The notes under the pieces were generated by a model. That model worked only from the letters and a program-made list of their open reading frames with translations. It did no database searches and was not told where the DNA came from. A DNA stretch of 64,000 bases from Podospora anserina (Eukaryota). This document shows positions 58,817 through 64,000 of the stretch, in pieces. The stretch is from NCBI GenBank assembly GCA_017654855.1, contig CM030337.1:930001-994000 (forward strand), written 5' to 3'. Position 1 is the stretch's first letter; every line of letters starts with the position of its first letter. A program made the position numbers and the translations under genes.

Positions 58817-59660
58817 ATGTCTTCCGCCGTCCGCAACGCCCTTGTGCGCGCCAGCCGCCCGGCTACCGCGGCCCTCGGCCGCCGTGCTGCCACCACACAC
58901 GCCATCTCCAACCCTACGCTGGCCAACATCGAGAAGAGATGGGAGGCCATTCCCCCTGCGGAGCAGGCCGAGCTCTGGATGTCTCTGCGCGACCGCATGA
59001 AGGGTAACTGGGCTGAGCTTACCATTGCGGAGAAGAAGGCCGGTAAGTTGCGGGTGCCAAGACTTTCATCATCATCAATACCACCGCCGCCGAACACACA
59101 TGAAGCTCTCGCGATAGGGGCTTGGAGCTATGGGGCAGCTGGGGAAAATTGATAGGGATGGGAAGCGGCAGTATGTGAAGCTTGCTGGGAATTTGGGAAG
59201 CTTCAAGGAGCTTGTTGGGCTGCACTGCCGTCACCACCACATCCCCGCTCTCGGCCCTTATCGTCGACCAATATGTCATGGAACCAGACAGAAGCTAACT
59301 CGAGCTCAGCCTACTGGATCGCTTTCGGTCCTTGGGGCCCCCGCACCGAACCTCCCCAGGGTGAGGGCAAGAAGGTCTTCCTCTACACTGTTATCGGTCT
59401 CGGCGTCAGCGCTGCCATCTTCGGCACCATGCGCGCTTTCGCCAAGCCCGCCCCCGCGACCATGACCAAGGAGTGGCAGGAGGCGACAAACGAGTACCTC
59501 AAGGTGCGTACAATATCAAACTGGCTTGGGACTCGGATGGACAGATATGCTGACATACAATTGCTGCTCCCAGGCTCAAAACTCCGACCCCTTGACCGGT
59601 ATCTCGTCCGAGGGCTACAAGGGCAAGGGCCACATCCAGTCCCCCTCATCAAAGGCTTAA
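58817..59660 (+). CDS. cox5: Cytochrome c oxidase subunit V (yeast Cox5 / mammalian COX4 family), 168 aa, 3 exons
   Basis: Exons 58817-59042, 59310-59503, 59574-59660. Arg/Ala-rich presequence; ISNPTLANIEKRWE, WAELTIAEKKAAYWIAFGPWGPR, one TM helix, TMTKEWQEATNEYLKAQNSDPLTGISSEGYKGKG. Confidence 0.97.
59099..59280 (+). other. Nested stem-loop structure inside the 267-nt cox5 intron 1
   Basis: Nested complementary arms: 59112-59121/59254-59263, 59124-59128/59247-59251, 59155-59160/59240-59245, 59165-59172/59224-59231, 59176-59183/59198-59205. Confidence 0.65.
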
Positions 59661-60483
59661 ATCAACAGGTCCGGTTTCTTTTGTCGTTAGACGCAATACT
59701 ACTACTCACCGGGCAAATATGCCTGGATATCACGATTCTGAAGAAGAGTCTGGGGAGAAGAATATTGAGAAGGGGGGCGGAGCATTGGAGCTCACTGGTG
59801 CTAAAAACTGGATGGGGGTGTAAATACTGTACAATGCTGACAATGCGACATCGTTTCCTATTTCACGGTGGATTTCCTGTGGTGGTCTGTTTTCATATCT
59901 CATACCCCGAAAATTGTTGATGACCCAACTCAATATATGTTTGCAGAATTCCATATTCGCCCTGCTCTCGTGGCAGGGTATGAGCTCCTTGTGGAAGATG
60001 AGGTCATGGCTGCGAGTTAGCAAGGACGCCCATATCAACGGATTTTGACGGGTCCGGGAAAGGCGATCCACTCTCCACCACACACACCAATGGCATGATA
60101 TCACATGCTTGAGGCTCGGATAGAGCTCGAGTAAGGGATTGAGAGAGGCTCCGGGGAAGTGTACTGGGAACCGTGATGTCGAGTGAGGGGTGATAGCTAT
60201 TCTTCGCCTCGATATTAGCTGCTGCATACCTGGTCGTGCCGGTGTAGAGCATGCCAGGTGGCATCTATGTTTGCCCCTGTGTACGATACGCTCAAGTAAG
60301 TTTATCTCATCCTTTAAGTTCATAGCAAGGACTATAGTAGTAATCTTGTTTGTCGGTAGACCTTGATTGACAACGGCACCATAACTGCCCATAGACATAC
60401 TGATGGCTACCTATCTGCTCGTATCCCGAGTATAGGTGTCTCAGGGTTACATCCCCTAGCTACACAACCGCAACTGTAGCCTC

Positions 60484-60502
60484 GTGTGTGTGTGTGTGTG
60501 TG
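60484..60502. repeat. (GT)9 microsatellite
   Basis: Read directly from the sequence. Confidence 0.9.
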
Positions 60503-61578
60503 AGCGGACACTATTGCCATTTTGACGGTCACACAATTTTGCAACAGCTTTCTTTCATGTGATAGCTCACTGAACACCACCAGCTAGCTACCTAACTCAC
60601 TTTGAGATAGCTTTCCAAGCACGAACCAACCAACCCCGCGCTCTTTCTTGGTCACCGCCACCCGGCAGCAGCCCCTCCATCATCATCATCAACCCCTCTC
60701 TGGGATATTTCCACAGAATATTGATAAAAGTCAGAAGAGGCTCGGGTTGTTAAAAATGCCATTTAACACCTTCGACGGCAAGGGCGTGCATCCCGGCTGA
60801 ATACCACATGGTGCAGCACGTCAAAAAAGATCTGTAACCTTTCCCAGCCTCAGACAATTCAAGAGGATCATTGGCGGAAAAAAATCATTTACTTAACCCC
60901 CCTGCCGGAAGCCACGGTGCTGAAATTCAACCAGCGATTGGCGAACCAGACGTGGGGGGTGTTCCGGGAAGCCGGGGAAGGGAAGGGGAGTTTACCCTTT
61001 TTGTTGTTTTTGTTTTTTGCACATGCCAAAAGACGGGATCTTTTTGAGATAGAAAAAGAAAATGTCTCTCATAAACATGGCTTTTTCTTATTTTTGAGAG
61101 TTGGTGCTGAAGAAGCAAACAACCTTTCTTTGTTAAGATCGACGCTAGAGGTGGTGGTTGATCTTGCTCTCGTTCAAAGGCTACACAAACTTTTGGGATT
61201 TTGTGCAACAATTGGGGACTGCCCTGTGGGAAAAAAGGTATGTCCTGGTGATGATGATGGGTTTTTTTTTGTCATAGGGCTAACTAACTCTTGCTGAGGG
61301 TTTTTAAAAAGCCAGGGAATAATATCTTTTTGACTACCCTAGGACGAAACAGACAGACGAACCTGTTGATCTTGGTTGCGTCATTGGTGGAGACGGCGCC
61401 GTCGTCTGAACTGTCTCTCTCACTCTTGCCTCCTACTTACTACCTTACCCCCTTATACCTACCGAACTTCACGAACTTTTCCCACTACACCTATTTTTTC
61501 CTCGCGGGGACGAAATTCCTAAATATCCCCTTATTTCTTTGTTAAATCGCCCCCCGCCGCGCATACGGAACGACAAAA

Positions 61579-63673
61579 ATGTCCCGCTTCACCCGCAGCG
61601 CCAAAAGGGCCCTCCACCCCCTCGCGCTGCTGGCCACCACCTCGGGCGCGCTGTATTACATGTACCGACCTCGCAACATCCCCGGCTACGAAGGCCCCGT
61701 CGTGCCACCCCCCATCTTCGGCGCAGACGGCACGTTCAAGCTCCCTCGTTTTCCAAAACTAAAGTCCAGGCTGGAGCAGATCAACGACCTCAAGCGATCC
61801 AACACGGAAGAAGAGTATGACATTCTCGTCATTGGCGCGGGAGCCACCGGGTCAGGCGTGGCTCTTGATGCCGCGACCCGAGGGTTAAAAGTGGCTGTTG
61901 TTGAAAGGGATGATTTTTCCTCGGGGACAAGCTCGAAGAGTACAAAGCTTGTTCATGGCGGGGTGAGGTATCTGGAGAAGGCGGTTTGGAATTTGGACTG
62001 GGCGCAGTATGAGCTTGTCAGGGAGGCGTTGAAGGAGAGGACGTATTTTTTGCAGACAGCGCCGCATTTGAGCATGTGGTTGCCGATTATGCTGCCGTTG
62101 GACAGGTGGTGGAAGGTGCCTTACTATTGGGCGGGGACCAAGTTTTATGATTTTTTGGCGGGGAGTGAGGGGATTGAGAGTAGTTATTTTTTGACGAGGT
62201 CGAAGGCTATTGATGCTTTTCCGATGTTGAAGCAGGAGGGGTTGATTGGGGCGTTGGTTTATTATGATGGGGCGCATAATGATAGTAGGATGAATGTGAG
62301 TATCGGGGTTACGGCTGGGTTGTATGGGGCGACGGTGGTGAACCATTTGGAGGTGAAGGGGTTGTTGAAGGGGGAGGATGGGAGGTTGAGGGGGGCGGAG
62401 GTGGTGGATAATATTGGGGAGCGGGATGGGAAGCAAGGGGAGAGGTTTAATATTAGGGCCAAGTGTGTTATCAACTGTACGGGGCCGTTTACGGATGGGA
62501 TAAGGAAGATGGATGATCCTGGGTGTAAGGAGATCGTGGCGCCGGCGTCGGGGGTGCATATCATCTTGCCGGGGTATTATTCGCCGGGGAAGATGGGGTT
62601 GATTGATCCGTCGACGTCGGACGGGAGGGTTATTTTCTTCTTGCCGTGGCAGGGGAATACGATTGCTGGAACGACGGACGAGCCGGCGCAGATTACCAAG
62701 GATCCGTTGCCGGATGAAAAGTCGATTCAGTGGATTTTGAACGAGGTTAGTCATTACCTCTCGCCGGATATCAATGTGAGGAGGGGGGATGTTTTGGCTG
62801 CTTGGTCTGGGCTGAGGCCGTTGGTGAAGGACCCCAAGGCGAAGAACACGGAGTCGCTGGTGAGGAATCATCTCATTGACATCAGTGAGAGCGGGCTTGT
62901 GACTTGCGCCGGCGGAAAGTGGACGACATATCGACAGATGGCCGAGGAGTGTGTGGACGCGGCGATAAGGGAATTTGGGCTGAAGCCAAAGCCTATCACG
63001 AACCCCCCGATGATCAGCGGGACGGAGCATGTCACAGATGATGCTACACTTGATGGGACTTGCCAGACCCACCGGGTGAGGCTCGTTGGTGCCCACGGCT
63101 GGTCACGAACATTGTTCATCCACTTGATTCAGCACTTTGGCGTCGAAACAGAGGTGGCCAAGCACCTGACGGAAAGCTATGGTGACAGAGCCTGGACAGT
63201 CGCTTCGCTGTGCCGACCGACGGACAAGAGATTCCCGGCGAGGGGAGAAAGGATCTCACAGTTGTATCCTTTTGTGGATGGCGAGGTGAGGTACGCTGTT
63301 CGTCACGAGTTTGCGCAGACGGCGGTGGATGTGCTGGCGAGGAGGATGAGGCTGGCCTTCTTGAACGCTCAAGCTTCACTGGAGGCGCTGCCGAAGATCA
63401 TTGACATCATGGCTGATGAGCTGGGGTGGAGCAAGAAGAGAATGGATCTTGAATGGAGAGAGAGTAAGTCTTCCAGAATAAGGGGTCTATTGATATGGTT
63501 GCTAACATGTGTGAACAGCTGTGAAATTCCTCGAGTCCATGGGCCTCCCTCAGCCATTGTTGTCAGCGACACGAAAGCAGGTCGAGCAGGGCAAGATTGA
63601 CTTCAAGAGTCTGCTTGAGTGGAGGATGTATTCACGACATGACAAGCCTGGGCCGGAGGGGGATAACCAGTGA
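61579..63673 (+). CDS. GUT2: Mitochondrial FAD-dependent glycerol-3-phosphate dehydrogenase, ~679 aa, 2 exons
   Basis: Exons 61579-63463 and 63519-63673; intron 63464-63518 (GTAAGT...GCTAAC...CAG). YDILVIGAGATGSGVALDAATRGL, GTSSKSTKLVHGGVRYLE, WSGLRPL, GGKWTTYRQMAE, DVLARRMRLAFL; N-terminal presequence plus a hydrophobic segment. Confidence 0.97.
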
Positions 63674-64000
63674 GATAGATGTTGGCCACTAAAACAGGAG
63701 GTCTCCTCTTTTGTTCAGATTGATGATTTGCTTGGGGGTTGTGTATTACTGGACTGGATATTGCATAGCAGGCATCGTTTCTTGAGGGCAAAGGGGCACA
63801 ATGGCGTTGTCTTATAGATGGGTTCTTGTCATGAGAGGGCTGGTTTATTTTTCACCGTAAGTATTTGTTCGGCATTCGGGTAGGAGAGTATGAATATGTC
63901 TGGTAGTGGTAATGTGTGCTTGGACATATTGATGATTTGAGGCTGTTGCAGATGCCAATGTGTATTTAGTTGAGATATAGGCAATGAATAGCAAAAAGCA

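Overview
Eukaryotic genomic DNA from a filamentous ascomycete: short GT-AG introns with CTAAC/CTGAC branch sites, and gene content and composition that resemble Sordariales, probably Podospora (an impression, not verified). Eleven well-supported protein genes were reconstructed by hand: a three-finger C2H2 transcription factor, RAD3/XPD helicase, an RTP1/TANGO6-family protein, a disordered AT-hook protein, a DDHD phospholipase A1, a Ulp1-type SUMO protease, an RGS protein, Mus7/Mms22, a 65-aa three-exon microprotein not resolved by the ORF track, cox5 and GUT2. There are also two ~10-12 kb gene-poor regions and several decayed coding relics. No tRNA, rRNA, CRISPR array or intact transposon was seen. 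The best candidate for a new system is the RGS gene. Its UAG stop sits in the loop of a 9-bp hairpin that mimics a tRNA-Pro(AGG) anticodon arm and is followed by 292 in-frame sense codons, the architecture expected for stop-loss A-to-I editing (UAG to UGG) giving a 649-aa isoform. Other highlights are a RAD51AP1-like C-terminal motif on the AT-hook protein, a PIGBOS1-like microprotein, a poly-Lys uORF, and a rod-like RNA structure filling the long cox5 intron. All family assignments come from motif recognition and memory, not database searches.
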